Sequence record: DRR723986_8621
Length of the DNA stretch: 45,940 bases
Reading direction: 5' to 3' (one strand)
The notes under the pieces are model-generated. The model ran no database searches, was not told the DNA's origin, and worked only from the letters and a program-made list of their open reading frames with translations. Positions 21,415 through 31,507 of the stretch are shown here, in pieces (position 1 is the first letter of the stretch; the number at the start of each line of letters is the position of its first letter). A program made the translations under genes and the position numbers.

Positions 21415-21465
21415 GGCGCATTTTTTGCGAGGCACACCGTGTGTCACGCCTGCAAGAGCTAAATT

Positions 21466-23361
21466 ATGTTGAATAAATACCCGCTGTGGAAATACCTGCT
21501 GGTGCTGTTCGTGCTGCTGGTCGGTCTGTTTTACGCAGCGCCGAACCTCTACGCGCCTGACCCCGCGCTGCAGATCACCGGCGAGAGCAGTGCCCAGGTC
21601 ATCGATGAAGCGACGGTCAAGCGAGCCCTGGCTGCGCTGGAAGAGGCCGGAATCGACCATTTTGGCGAGGAAATCCAGCAGGATGGTCGCAACGCGCTGG
21701 TTCGTCTGCGTGATCGCGAGCGGCAGTTGGAGGCCCAGGCCAGGATCTCCCGCGCCCTTGGCGACGGGTTCATTGTCGCCCTGAACCTGGCGCCGACCAC
21801 GCCCGACTGGCTCAGCGATTACGGCGCATCCCCCATGAAACTGGGCCTGGACCTCAGCGGCGGGGTGCACTTCAAGCTGGAAGTGGACATTGATGCCGCC
21901 GTGGAACGGCGCATGGAATTCTACGAGACCGCGATCAAGCGGGCCCTGCGGGAAGAACGCATTCGCGGCCTGGTGTCGGTCGACAGCCAGCGTCGGGTCG
22001 AAGCCAGTTTTCGCAGCGAAGAGCTGAGGGAGCAGGCGCGTGACCTTATCGCCGAGAACCACCCCGAGCTCGCGCTTGACCGGGTCGATGACGGCGATAA
22101 CTGGGCCCTGTTTGCGGCGATGACTGAGCAAACCATCGCTGACATCGTTGATTATTCGGTCAGCCAGAACCTGACTACCCTGCGCAACCGGGTGAACGAG
22201 CTGGGTGTTTCTGAGCCGCTGGTCCAGCGCCAGGGCAAGAACCGCATCGTGGTGGAATTGCCGGGTATCCAGGACACCGCCGAGGCGAAGCGGATTCTGG
22301 GTAAGGTGGCCAACCTGGAGTTCCGCCTGGTGGCCAATATGGATGCCGCCGCGGCGGACAAGCAGCGCTTTGAGTACCGCAGCCCTGACCGTGCCGGCAT
22401 GACCGAATGGCTGGAGCGTGACGTCATTATCACTGGCGAACGGGTTGCCAATGCCCAGGCCAGTTTTGACCAGAACGGCATGCCCAACGTGCAGATCAGC
22501 CTCGACGGAGAGGGCGGCACCCTGATGTCCCGCGCCACCCGTAATAACGTCAAGCGCCGCATGGGTGTGCTCTTTATTGAACGCAAGTACCGCACGCGTT
22601 ACGAGACCGGCGAAGACGGTACCGAGGTGGCGGTCAAGATTCCCTACGATGAGAAGAAGCTGCTGACAGCACCGGTCATCCAGTCTGCGCTGGGCGCGCA
22701 GTTCCAGATCACCGGGCTGGACAGCCCGATGGAGGCCTCGGAGCTCGCGCTGATGCTGCGGGCAGGCGCCCTGGCTGCGCCGATCTCCTTTGTCGAGGAG
22801 CGTACGGTGGGCCCCTCCCTGGGAGCTGAGAATATCCAGCTTGGGGTGAAGTCGGTGCAGATGGGTCTGGCCCTGGTGGTTATCTTCATGGTGCTGTACT
22901 ACCGCGTGTTCGGCATCGCCGCGGTGATCGCGTTGAGCTGTAACCTGATTTTGCTGGTGGCTTTCATGTCCCTGATCGGTGCGACGCTCACCCTGCCGGG
23001 TATTGCGGGTATCGTGCTGACAGTGGGTATGGCGGTGGACGCGAACGTGCTGATTTTCTCCCGAATACGGGAGGAGTTGCGCAACGGGCTATCGCCACAG
23101 ATGGCGATTCATGCCGGCTTTGAGCGGGCCGTAGCGACAATTCTTGACGCCAACCTCACGACCCTGATCGTGGCGGTGATTCTTTACGCCGTCGGCACCG
23201 GCCCAATCAAGGGCTTTGCGGTAACCCTGTCGGTGGGCATTGTTACCTCCATGTTTACCGCGATCATGGGCACCCGCGCCCTGGTCAACCTCGTGTACGG
23301 CGGACGCCGGGTCAAGACCCTGTCCATTGGTCGCGACCTGCTGGGAGATGCCAAGGCATGA
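21466..23361 (+). CDS. secD: Protein translocase subunit SecD
   Basis: MLNKYPLWKY, LGLDLSGGVHF, RVNELGVSEP, VGPSLG, GMAVDANVLI. Confidence 0.98.
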   Translation: MLNKYPLWKYLLVLFVLLVGLFYAAPNLYAPDPALQITGESSAQVIDEATVKRALAALEEAGIDHFGEEIQQDGRNALVRLRDRERQLEAQARISRALGDGFIVALNLAPTTPDWLSDYGASPMKLGLDLSGGVHFKLEVDIDAAVERRMEFYETAIKRALREERIRGLVSVDSQRRVEASFRSEELREQARDLIAENHPELALDRVDDGDNWALFAAMTEQTIADIVDYSVSQNLTTLRNRVNELGVSEPLVQRQGKNRIVVELPGIQDTAEAKRILGKVANLEFRLVANMDAAAADKQRFEYRSPDRAGMTEWLERDVIITGERVANAQASFDQNGMPNVQISLDGEGGTLMSRATRNNVKRRMGVLFIERKYRTRYETGEDGTEVAVKIPYDEKKLLTAPVIQSALGAQFQITGLDSPMEASELALMLRAGALAAPISFVEERTVGPSLGAENIQLGVKSVQMGLALVVIFMVLYYRVFGIAAVIALSCNLILLVAFMSLIGATLTLPGIAGIVLTVGMAVDANVLIFSRIREELRNGLSPQMAIHAGFERAVATILDANLTTLIVAVILYAVGTGPIKGFAVTLSVGIVTSMFTAIMGTRALVNLVYGGRRVKTLSIGRDLLGDAKA

Positions 23362-24272
23362 ATACCATCAACTTCATGGGTGGCAGGACCCTGGCCGTGC
23401 TGTTCTCCGGCATCCTGCTCGTCGTATCCATTGGTTCGCTGGCAACCCGCCAGTTGAACTGGGGCCTGGATTTCACTGGCGGCACCCTGGTCGAGGTGCA
23501 CTACAGCGAGACGGCTAAGCTGTCCGCCATTCGCTCTACCCTTGATGGCGGCGGCTACGCCGGCGCTGTCGTGGTGAGTTTCGGCACCGACCAGGATGTT
23601 CTCATCCGCCTGCCCCAGGGCTATTCTGATGCCGAGGGCACGGCCATGCTCAAACTGCTGCAGGACAGTTTCACGGGCAACGTGGAGCTGCGACGTATCG
23701 AGTTTGTGGGCCCGCAGGTCGGCGACGAACTGCGGGAGCAGGGTGGTCTGGCCATGCTGCTCGCTCTCGGACTGGTGATGTTGTACATCGCCTTCCGCTT
23801 CCAGCTCAAGTTTGCTGTCGGTGCGGTAGCGGCGCTGGTTCACGACGTGATCATTACCCTCGGGTTTTTCTCGGTCACCAATATGGAATTCGACCTGACG
23901 GTACTGGCGGCGCTGCTGGCGGTGATCGGCTATTCCCTTAACGACACCATCGTGGTGTCCGACCGGATTCGTGAAAATTTCCGCAAGATTCGCCGTGCGG
24001 AACCTGTCGAGGTCATCAATATTTCGCTTACCGAGACCCTCGGGCGAACCCTGGTCACCTCCTTGACTACCTTGCTGGTGCTGCTCGCACTGGCCCTGTT
24101 CGGCGGAGAGATGATCAACGGCTTCGCTATCGCCCTGATCGTTGGTGTCGCCATCGGTACCTATTCGTCAATCTATGTCGCAGCCAACGTGCTGCTGCTG
24201 ATGGGGGTCAGCAAGGAGGACCTGATGATCCCGGTCAAGGAAGGGGCTGAGCAGGAAGATTTGATGCCCTGA
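23358..24272 (+). CDS. secF: Protein translocase subunit SecF
   Basis: GLDFTGG, VGPQVG, HDV, GYSLNDTIVVSDRIREN. Confidence 0.98.
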   Translation: MNTINFMGGRTLAVLFSGILLVVSIGSLATRQLNWGLDFTGGTLVEVHYSETAKLSAIRSTLDGGGYAGAVVVSFGTDQDVLIRLPQGYSDAEGTAMLKLLQDSFTGNVELRRIEFVGPQVGDELREQGGLAMLLALGLVMLYIAFRFQLKFAVGAVAALVHDVIITLGFFSVTNMEFDLTVLAALLAVIGYSLNDTIVVSDRIRENFRKIRRAEPVEVINISLTETLGRTLVTSLTTLLVLLALALFGGEMINGFAIALIVGVAIGTYSSIYVAANVLLLMGVSKEDLMIPVKEGAEQEDLMP

Positions 24273-24289
24273 GCACAACTGTCTTAGCG

Positions 24290-24316
24290 AGGCGGCCTGT
24301 TGGCCGCCTTTTTTTT
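24290..24316 (+). terminator. Rho-independent terminator after secF
   Basis: AGGCGGCC-tgtt-GGCCGCCT followed by a T-run. Confidence 0.9.
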
Positions 24317-24377
24317 GCGCCGGTTTTTGCCAGTTCTGCTCGCAGTCCCAGCGACCGTACACAGCCGCTTAACCAAT

Positions 24378-24433
24378 CTGTCATTAAATTGCCATCCGCA
24401 CGTCAAGAAAGCGTCATGCTTGATTGCTAGCGT
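24378..24433 (+). promoter_or_regulatory. Putative tandem Pho boxes (four 11-bp-period repeats) plus a -10 element
   Basis: CTGTCAT-taaa-TTGCCAT-ccgc-ACGTCAA-gaaa-GCGTCAT (24378-24417), then 10 bp, then TAGCGT (24428-24433). Confidence 0.7.
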
Positions 24434-24472
24434 GTCGGCTTCTTTAAACCTCTCACGGAGAAGCGTAACGCT

Positions 24473-25876
24473 ATGAAGAGCCCCCTCGGTTTTAAACAGT
24501 CCAGACTCAGTGCCGCAATCGGCTTCGCGGCGATCATGCTCGGCAGCGGTACCGCGCTGGCGCAGCCTGCAGTGGTAACGGAGGCGACAGAGGAAGCCTT
24601 CCAGGCGGCCCTGAGTTCGGGAGCCCGGGAGATTGTTATCGCCACCGAAGGCCCTATCGTGATCGACGACACCCTGACCTACGATGGTGATGATTCCCTG
24701 TCCATTTATGGTGCAGGTCAGACCATTGAGGCTGTGGCCGATGTCACCCTGTTGGAAGTCAGCAACGGCGCCAACCTCACGGTAGTTGGTCTCAACTTCC
24801 AGGGCCTGGGTGGCTTCGATATCGACAACCAGGGTAATGGCAAGGGTATCTTTGTCGACGTGCGTGACAACCAGAATGGGCTGGTCAAGCTCGTTCTAAA
24901 GGATGTTGCCGTGCGCGATGTGGCCAACCACGGGATACATGTGTCCGATTGTGACCTCGCCGATGATTGTGGTGGCGGCAGTGGCGGCTCAGGTGGCGGT
25001 TCATCCGCGTCGATTGTGGTCGAACTGACTAATGTCACCGTCGAAAACGCGGGTACCGGCAGGTTTGATGCCGACGGTGTGCGCGTGGATGAACGGGCCA
25101 ACGGGAATATCCTGTTTCGGGCCGACGGCTCTGTGTTTACTGGCGTTGGTGCCGACGGGGTAGAACTTGACGAAGGCCAGAACGGTATCGTCGAGGCGAT
25201 CGTCAGCAATAGCAAATTCAACAATAACGGCAGCTACTGCGCGCCGGTGGCGGAGTTTGCCGGGGAGCGTAAGGACATTCCCGCAGGTGAGCTCACGGTC
25301 GCGGAGTTCGAGGACACGATTGTCCCCTCCGGCACGGCAGATGATCGCTGCTTCGAAGTTGAATTCGACACCCATGAAGACGGCACGATCAGCGACTATG
25401 AGGTCGCGCTGGACCTGGACGACGGCTTCGATATCGATGAGGCCGGCAACGGCGGCCTGAGGGCGCGGGTGTTTAACTCCGAGGTGCTCGACAATGATGA
25501 TGAGGGCCTGGATTTTGACGAGGAAGACAACGGTCCGATCGATCTGGTGGTGGTGAATACCAATGCCTCCATGAACACGGATGACGGCATCAAGCTGTCC
25601 GAGGAGGATAGCGGGTATGTGCAGGTCCTGTTGCTCTCGGTACAGGCCATGGATAACGGCGGCAAGGGGTTTGTCTTCGAGGAAGCCGATGCGGGTGATC
25701 TGGACGCCACTGTTGAGGGTAGTGCAACCGCCGGCAATGATGGTGGTGATGTGGGTGTCGAGGCGGTGCAGGAAGACCAGGGTGTCGGCCTGCTGACTCT
25801 GCGCAACACAACGGTCGAAGAAACCGACAAGCAGGACGGCGTTGACGTCGACGGTGTTGAGCTGGTTGTTGACTAA
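24473..25876 (+). CDS. Secreted, highly acidic hypothetical protein; probable right-handed parallel beta-helix
   Basis: Sec signal peptide ending ALA-Q; GGAG SD. Repeated DG(V/F/L/I)x(V/L/I/F)(D/S)E motifs with N/G/V beta-helix-like periodicity. Confidence 0.75.
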   Translation: MKSPLGFKQSRLSAAIGFAAIMLGSGTALAQPAVVTEATEEAFQAALSSGAREIVIATEGPIVIDDTLTYDGDDSLSIYGAGQTIEAVADVTLLEVSNGANLTVVGLNFQGLGGFDIDNQGNGKGIFVDVRDNQNGLVKLVLKDVAVRDVANHGIHVSDCDLADDCGGGSGGSGGGSSASIVVELTNVTVENAGTGRFDADGVRVDERANGNILFRADGSVFTGVGADGVELDEGQNGIVEAIVSNSKFNNNGSYCAPVAEFAGERKDIPAGELTVAEFEDTIVPSGTADDRCFEVEFDTHEDGTISDYEVALDLDDGFDIDEAGNGGLRARVFNSEVLDNDDEGLDFDEEDNGPIDLVVVNTNASMNTDDGIKLSEEDSGYVQVLLLSVQAMDNGGKGFVFEEADAGDLDATVEGSATAGNDGGDVGVEAVQEDQGVGLLTLRNTTVEETDKQDGVDVDGVELVVD

Positions 25877-25921
25877 GACCTGCTAAGCAGCGGCTGCCCC
25901 GGCGCTTGCTGCCAATACGCG

Positions 25922-25945
25922 AAAGGCCCCAATGGGGCCTTTTTT
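25922..25945. terminator. Bidirectional intrinsic terminator between the acidic-protein gene and suhB
   Basis: AAAGGCCCC-aat-GGGGCCTTT followed by further Ts; lies between convergent genes. Confidence 0.85.
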
Positions 25946-26005
25946 CCTGGCGGCTTGCAGTCCTTTTGCGCCGCGGATGTCCTCGGGCTGAGCCCGGGTC
26001 GCTGC

Positions 26006-26800
26006 TTAGCCCAGCAGCGGCCGGGTGGCCTGCAACACGGCCTTGAAGCACTTGGGGTTACCCGCCACGATATTGCCGGACTGCAGGTAATTATCGGACC
26101 CGTCAATATCTGACACCAGACCGCCGGCCTCGCGGATCAGCAGGGCGCCAGCAGCGATATCCCACTGCGACAGACCGATTTCCCAGAACGCGTCGAGTCG
26201 ACCGGCCGCCACATAGGCCAGGTCCAGCGATGCCGCACCGGCGCGCCGGATGCCAGCGCACTGGGCGGCCAGGACCTGGATAGAGCGGGCATAGGGCTCC
26301 AGCTGATCGTCGCAGTGATCCTTGAAAGGAATGCCGGTACCCAGCAATGCGCCGTCGAGGCTGCTCAGTTCGCTGACCCGGATGCGGCGCCCGTTGAGCT
26401 GGGCTCCGCGACCCCGTGAGGCGGTGAATTCTTCCCGGCGCACCGGGTCGACTACCACGGCGTGCTCCACCTTGCCCTTGTGCAGGCAGGCGATGGATAC
26501 CGCAAAGTGGGGAATACCGCGAATAAAATTGGTGGTGCCATCCAGCGGGTCAATAACCCAGCGGTACTCAGCGTTCTCATCGCCCACCAGGCCACCTTCC
26601 TCGCCCAGAATGGCATGATCCGGATAGGCCTTGCGCAGGTGGTAGATGATTTCCTGTTCCGCGGTCAGGTCTACCTCGGTGACGAAGTTGTTGACACCCT
26701 TGGCCTTGACCTCGAAACGGTCCAGGTCATCGGAGGCGCGTACGATATTTTCCCCGGCCTTGCGCGCGGCTCGCAGCGCGATATTGATCATGGGTTCCAT
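26006..26800 (-). CDS. suhB: Inositol-1-monophosphatase / Nus antitermination factor SuhB
   Basis: Start MEPMINIALRAARKAG at 26800; WVIDPLDGTTNF, WDIAAG; divergent from trmJ. Confidence 0.96.
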   Translation of the reverse strand: MEPMINIALRAARKAGENIVRASDDLDRFEVKAKGVNNFVTEVDLTAEQEIIYHLRKAYPDHAILGEEGGLVGDENAEYRWVIDPLDGTTNFIRGIPHFAVSIACLHKGKVEHAVVVDPVRREEFTASRGRGAQLNGRRIRVSELSSLDGALLGTGIPFKDHCDDQLEPYARSIQVLAAQCAGIRRAGAASLDLAYVAAGRLDAFWEIGLSQWDIAAGALLIREAGGLVSDIDGSDNYLQSGNIVAGNPKCFKAVLQATRPLLG

Positions 26801-26923
26801 CTGGGGTGTCCTGGGCAGGGTGGCTGGGCGCGCGATTATAGCAGCAACGTCCATGCCCCTGAACAGCGAATCTGCTACACTTCGCGGCCGCCGCAAGAGC
26901 GCCTGGCCGCTGATTTTACAGAC

Positions 26924-27673
26924 ATGAACCTCGATAATATCCGCATCGTTCTCGTCAATACCTCCCATCCGGGGAATATTGGTGGTGTGGCGCGGGCAAT
27001 GAAGAACATGGGTCTCTCTCGCCTGGTGCTGGTTGCACCACGGGAGTACCCCGCACCGGAAGCCGAATGGCGCGCCGCTTCCGCCAACGACCTGCTGCAG
27101 CGCGCGGTGGTGGTCGATACCCTGGAAGAGGCGGTTGATGACTGCCAGTTCATCGTCGGCACCAGCGCTCGCGAGCGGCGGATTCCCTGGCCGCTACTGG
27201 ATCCCCGACGCTGCGCAGAGCAGCTGGCGCGCCATTCTGCCAATGAGCAGGTGGCGGTGCTGTTTGGTCGCGAGGACCGGGGGCTGACCAACGAAGAGCT
27301 GCAGCTGTGCAACCTGCACCTGAATATCCCGACATCCGCGGACTACAGCTCCCTCAATCTGGCGATGGCGGTGCAGATAGTCTGCTACGAGCTGCGGATG
27401 CTGCTGGTCGAGGATGCGCTGCCCCCCGAGGCGGATCATCAGTGGGATACACCGTTCAGCACCCGCGACAACATGGAGCGCTTCTATGTGCACCTCGAGC
27501 AGACCCTGGTCGACATCGGTTTTCTGGATCCCACGGCGCCGCGACAGTTGATGACGCGACTGCGCCGGCTCTATGGCCGGGTTCGACTGGACGAAATGGA
27601 ACTGAATATACTTCGGGGCATTCTAACCGAGACCGAAAAGTGGGTGGCCCGGGCGCGCGGTCGCGAGAAGTAG
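26924..27673 (+). CDS. trmJ: tRNA (C32/U32)-2'-O-methyltransferase
   Basis: Start [11 protein letters not shown] at 26924; [40 protein letters not shown]. Confidence 0.95.
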   Translation: MNLDNIRIVLVNTSHPGNIGGVARAMKNMGLSRLVLVAPREYPAPEAEWRAASANDLLQRAVVVDTLEEAVDDCQFIVGTSARERRIPWPLLDPRRCAEQLARHSANEQVAVLFGREDRGLTNEELQLCNLHLNIPTSADYSSLNLAMAVQIVCYELRMLLVEDALPPEADHQWDTPFSTRDNMERFYVHLEQTLVDIGFLDPTAPRQLMTRLRRLYGRVRLDEMELNILRGILTETEKWVARARGREK

Positions 27674-27678
27674 GGCGT

Positions 27679-28893
27679 ATGCAGAAACCGATTTACTTTG
27701 ATTACCTGGCGACGACGCCGGTAGACCCCCGGGTAGTGGACAAGATGACCCGCTGCCTGACGCTGGATGGTAATTTCGGCAATTCCGCGTCCCGCTCCCA
27801 TGTCTACGGCTGGCGGGCGGAAGAGGCGGTGGAGGAGGCCCGGCGGCAGGTAGCTGACCTGGTCAATGCCGACCCGCGCGAAATAGTCTGGACCTCGGGC
27901 GCGACCGAGGCGGACAACCTGGCAATCAAGGGTGTGGCCCACTTCTACCGGGATAAGGGAAAGCACATCATCACGTCCTGCATCGAGCACAAGGCGGTGC
28001 TCGACAGCTGCCATCAACTCGAGCAGGAAGGCTTCGAGGTGACCTACCTGGCGCCATCCCCCGACGGCCTGATTACCGCCGCTGCTGTCGCCGCGGCGCT
28101 GCGGGCAGACACGGTGCTGGTCAGTATCATGCATGCCAACAATGAAATCGGCACGGTCAACGATATCGCGAGCATCGGCGAGCTCACCCGTGAGTCGGGA
28201 GTGCTGTTCCATGTGGATGCGGCGCAAAGCGCGGGCAAGATCCGCATCGATCTTGAACGGCTGCAGGTCGACCTGATGTCCCTGTCGGCGCATAAGATGT
28301 ACGGCCCCAAGGGTGTGGGTGCGCTGTTTGTCCGCCGGCGGCCGCGGGTCCAGCTGGAAGCCCAGATTCACGGCGGTGGCCACGAACGCGGTATGCGCTC
28401 GGGAACCCTGGCCACCCACCAGGTCGTCGGAATGGGTGAGGCCGCCCGCATTGCGGCCGATGAACTGGTCGAGGAGGGCGCCAGGCTGGAGGCGCTGCGG
28501 CGGCAGTTCTGGGAGGGTATCCGGGATATCGAGGGCGTGGCGATTAACGGCCACCCCGAGGCGCACCTGCCGGGTGCGCTCAATATCCGCATCCCCTTTG
28601 TCGACGGGGAAACCCTGATCATGTCACTCAAGGACCTGGCCATATCCAGCGGCTCCGCCTGTACCTCGGCCAGCCTGGAACCGTCCTATGTGCTGCGCGC
28701 ATTGGGCCTGGAAGACGAGCTGGCGCACAGTTCCCTGCGGTTCAGCTTTGGCCGATTTACCACGGCTGAAGACGTCGCCTACGCAATCGCGCAGCTGCGT
28801 GAGGTGGTGGCGAAATTGCGCGAGCAGTCCCCGGCGTGGCAGCAGCACCTGCAGGCCCGGACCGGTAATCCGCAGCCAGGCGCGATCAACTAG
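27679..28893 (+). CDS. iscS: Cysteine desulfurase
   Basis: Start MQKPIYFDY at 27679; WTSGATE, PLP lysine [10 protein letters not shown], catalytic [14 protein letters not shown]. Confidence 0.95.
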   Translation: MQKPIYFDYLATTPVDPRVVDKMTRCLTLDGNFGNSASRSHVYGWRAEEAVEEARRQVADLVNADPREIVWTSGATEADNLAIKGVAHFYRDKGKHIITSCIEHKAVLDSCHQLEQEGFEVTYLAPSPDGLITAAAVAAALRADTVLVSIMHANNEIGTVNDIASIGELTRESGVLFHVDAAQSAGKIRIDLERLQVDLMSLSAHKMYGPKGVGALFVRRRPRVQLEAQIHGGGHERGMRSGTLATHQVVGMGEAARIAADELVEEGARLEALRRQFWEGIRDIEGVAINGHPEAHLPGALNIRIPFVDGETLIMSLKDLAISSGSACTSASLEPSYVLRALGLEDELAHSSLRFSFGRFTTAEDVAYAIAQLREVVAKLREQSPAWQQHLQARTGNPQPGAIN

Positions 28894-29013
28894 CCACCGT
28901 GCGGCGGCCAATGGCCTGTGCCGGGGCGAGCGTAATTTAGTCGCAATCCGCAGTGTTTCGGCTAAGTCGCTGATTTGTAAGCGAAACAATCTTTCCCCGA
29001 AAGCCGAATCAGG

Positions 29014-29050
29014 GTGAAACCGGGGGCCAAAATCCGTATAATTGCGCGCG
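29014..29050 (+). promoter_or_regulatory. Putative sigma70 promoter of the ndk operon with a GC-rich discriminator
   Basis: GTGAAA (29014-29019), 17 bp, TATAAT (29037-29042), followed by TGCGCGCG. Confidence 0.55.
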
Positions 29051-29137
29051 TTTCGTGCACCTGCCCGGCGGTGCATCGCCCACCGGTGATGCATCAGGGG
29101 TGAGTGCATCCTGCTTTTCTTTTACTGGAGATATGTA

Positions 29138-29563
29138 ATGGCTGTCGAGCGTACCCTTTCAATCATCAAGCCCGATGCGGTTGGCAAGAATGTTATCGGC
29201 AAGATCTATTCACGCTTTGAGAGCAATGGCCTGCAAATCGTTGCAGCCCGCATGCTGCACCTGAGTGAAGAAGTCGCCGGCGGTTTTTACGCCGAGCACC
29301 GCGAGCGGCCTTTCTTCCCGGCCCTGATCGAATTCATGACCTCGGGCCCGGTAGTCGTGCAGGTGCTGGAAGGCGAAAATGCCATTGCCAGGAACCGTGA
29401 ACTGATGGGTGCTACCAACCCCCAGGAAGCGGCCGAGGGCACGATCCGTGCCGATTTTGCCGAGTCAATCGACGCCAATGCCGTGCACGGTTCCGACTCC
29501 CCGGAATCAGCCAGTCGCGAGATCGCCTACTTCTTCGCCGCCAGCGACATCTGCGGCCGCTGA
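29138..29563 (+). CDS. ndk: Nucleoside diphosphate kinase
   Basis: [26 protein letters not shown]. Confidence 0.98.
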   Translation: MAVERTLSIIKPDAVGKNVIGKIYSRFESNGLQIVAARMLHLSEEVAGGFYAEHRERPFFPALIEFMTSGPVVVQVLEGENAIARNRELMGATNPQEAAEGTIRADFAESIDANAVHGSDSPESASREIAYFFAASDICGR

Positions 29564-29585
29564 GGGATCGATTGCCTTGTCATCG

Positions 29586-30725
29586 ATGATCGCCACCACT
29601 GCCGGCGAACCGCGGGTCAACCTGCTGGGGATGACCCGCGCCCAGCTGGAGGCGTTCTTCGTCGACATCGGTGAGAAAAGCTTCCGCGCCCAACAGGTGT
29701 TGAAGTGGATTCATCACCAGGGCGTGTGTGACTTTGAGCAGATGACCAACCTGGGCAAGGCGCTGCGCGACAAGCTCGGGCAGTGCGCTGAAGTGCGCCC
29801 GCCCGAGATCGTCAGCCAGCACGATTCCAGTGATGGAACCCGTAAATGGGCGGTCCGGGTTGAGGGTGGCGGACTGGTGGAAACGGTGCTCATCCCGGAT
29901 GGCACCCGGGCGACGCTTTGCGTCTCCTCCCAGGTCGGCTGCAGCCTGGATTGCAGCTTCTGCTCAACCGGCAAGCAGGGTTTCCAGCGGGATCTCACCG
30001 CCGCCGAGATCATCGGCCAGGTCTGGTTGGCGATCAAATCCTATGATGCCTTCCAGTCCGGCAAGGGCCGGGTTGTCACCAATGTGGTGATGATGGGCAT
30101 GGGCGAGCCGCTGCTGAATTTCGACAACGTGGTCAGCGCCATGGACCTGATGATGGAGGACCTCGCCTACGGTATTTCCAAGCGTCGGGTCACCCTCAGT
30201 ACTTCCGGTGTGGTGCCGGCCCTGGATCGGCTGGCCGAGGTCAGTGAGGCCAGCCTTGCGGTGTCGCTGCACGCACCCAATGATGCGCTGCGCAACGAGC
30301 TGGTGCCAATCAACCGGAAGTACCCGATTGCCATGTTGCTGGACAGCTGCCGCCGCTACATCGATGCCCAGCGCGACAACAAGCGTGTGGTTACCGTGGA
30401 GTACACCCTGATTGCCGGCGTCAACGACCAGCCGGATCAGGCCCGGGAGCTCGCGGAGCTATTGCGCGACTTTCCCTGCAAGATCAACCTGATCCCGTTC
30501 AACACTTTCGCCCAGTCTGATTACCGGCGCCCCAGCGGCAATGCGGTCTCGCGCTTCTGGCAAGTGCTTGTCGATGCGGGCTATATTGTCACTGTGCGAA
30601 CCACTCGCGGTGATGATATCGCCGCAGCCTGTGGCCAGTTGGTCGGTGAGGTAGTGGATCGTACCAGGCGCAGCGAGCGCTACCGACAGGCAGAAGCAGC
30701 GACAGTTGAGGCGGGACGAGCGTGA
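29586..30725 (+). CDS. rlmN: Dual-specificity 23S rRNA/tRNA m2A methyltransferase (radical SAM)
   Basis: [30 protein letters not shown]. The start is approximate (ATG 29586). Confidence 0.96.
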   Translation: MIATTAGEPRVNLLGMTRAQLEAFFVDIGEKSFRAQQVLKWIHHQGVCDFEQMTNLGKALRDKLGQCAEVRPPEIVSQHDSSDGTRKWAVRVEGGGLVETVLIPDGTRATLCVSSQVGCSLDCSFCSTGKQGFQRDLTAAEIIGQVWLAIKSYDAFQSGKGRVVTNVVMMGMGEPLLNFDNVVSAMDLMMEDLAYGISKRRVTLSTSGVVPALDRLAEVSEASLAVSLHAPNDALRNELVPINRKYPIAMLLDSCRRYIDAQRDNKRVVTVEYTLIAGVNDQPDQARELAELLRDFPCKINLIPFNTFAQSDYRRPSGNAVSRFWQVLVDAGYIVTVRTTRGDDIAAACGQLVGEVVDRTRRSERYRQAEAATVEAGRA

Positions 30726-31507
30726 AAAGCAGACGGCAAACAAGATATGCAGGCCTGTTGGCGGTGATGATGGCGGTGCTGCTGAACGGCTGCATCACCA
30801 CCACCGAGAGTGTATTCACTGAGGAAGCCTCGCCGGAGAAAGCCCTTGAGCGGCGCGTAGAGCTGGCGCGGCAGTATATTGGTGAGGGCAACTGGGAAGA
30901 CGCCAAGCGCAACCTGAAGCTGGCGGCGGAAATCGACGACAGCAACCCCGAGGTACACGAGGCCTTTGCCCTGGTCTACCAGAGCACCGGAGAGACCGAG
31001 CTGGCGGAAGAGAGCTTTCGCAAGGCGATCAGGCTGGATAAGTCGTTTTCCCGCGCACGCAACAATTACGCGGCCTTCCTTTTCAGCCAGCAGCGCTACC
31101 GGGAGGCGGAAGAGCAGCTCGAATATGTCACCCGCGACACACTCTATAATGCTCGCCCCCAGGCCTTTGTGAATCTGGGCCTGTGCCGTCTCCAGCTGTT
31201 TAACGCGCAGGGCGCCGAGGAAGCGTTTGTGCGGGCCCTGTCAATGGACCGTCGGAACCCGATCGCGTTGCTGGAAGTCGCCCAACTGCGTTTCGATGCC
31301 CAGGATTACGCGAATGCCGAGACCTACTACGGGGTCTACCGTACCGTGGTTCGCCAGCAATCTCCGCGTGGCCTCTGGTTGGGCATCCGCCTGGCCCAGC
31401 AGAGCGGCAACCGCGACGCCGAGAGCAGTTATGCCCTGGCGCTGCGCAACCTCTACCCGCAATCAGCGGAGTATGAGGCCTACGTGCGGATTAGTTCAGG
31501 TGAGTGA
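30722..31507 (+). CDS. pilW: Type IV pilus biogenesis/stability TPR lipoprotein (PilW/PilF)
   Basis: Lipobox LNGC, TPR repeats (ARNNYAAFL), conserved position between rlmN and rodZ. Confidence 0.9.
   Translation: MKSRRQTRYAGLLAVMMAVLLNGCITTTESVFTEEASPEKALERRVELARQYIGEGNWEDAKRNLKLAAEIDDSNPEVHEAFALVYQSTGETELAEESFRKAIRLDKSFSRARNNYAAFLFSQQRYREAEEQLEYVTRDTLYNARPQAFVNLGLCRLQLFNAQGAEEAFVRALSMDRRNPIALLEVAQLRFDAQDYANAETYYGVYRTVVRQQSPRGLWLGIRLAQQSGNRDAESSYALALRNLYPQSAEYEAYVRISSGE

Noticed and set aside
26801-26840. boxA element in the suhB leader, as known from E. coli autoregulation
   Set aside because: No GYTCTTTAA-like sequence lies between the minus-strand TATAAT (26835-26840) and the start codon.
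26462-27678. Long N-terminal extensions on the suhB, trmJ and iscS ORFs (also rlmN and rodZ)
   Set aside because: These are open-frame run-ons overlapping neighbouring genes in GC-rich DNA. Canonical starts with family-typical N-termini exist downstream.
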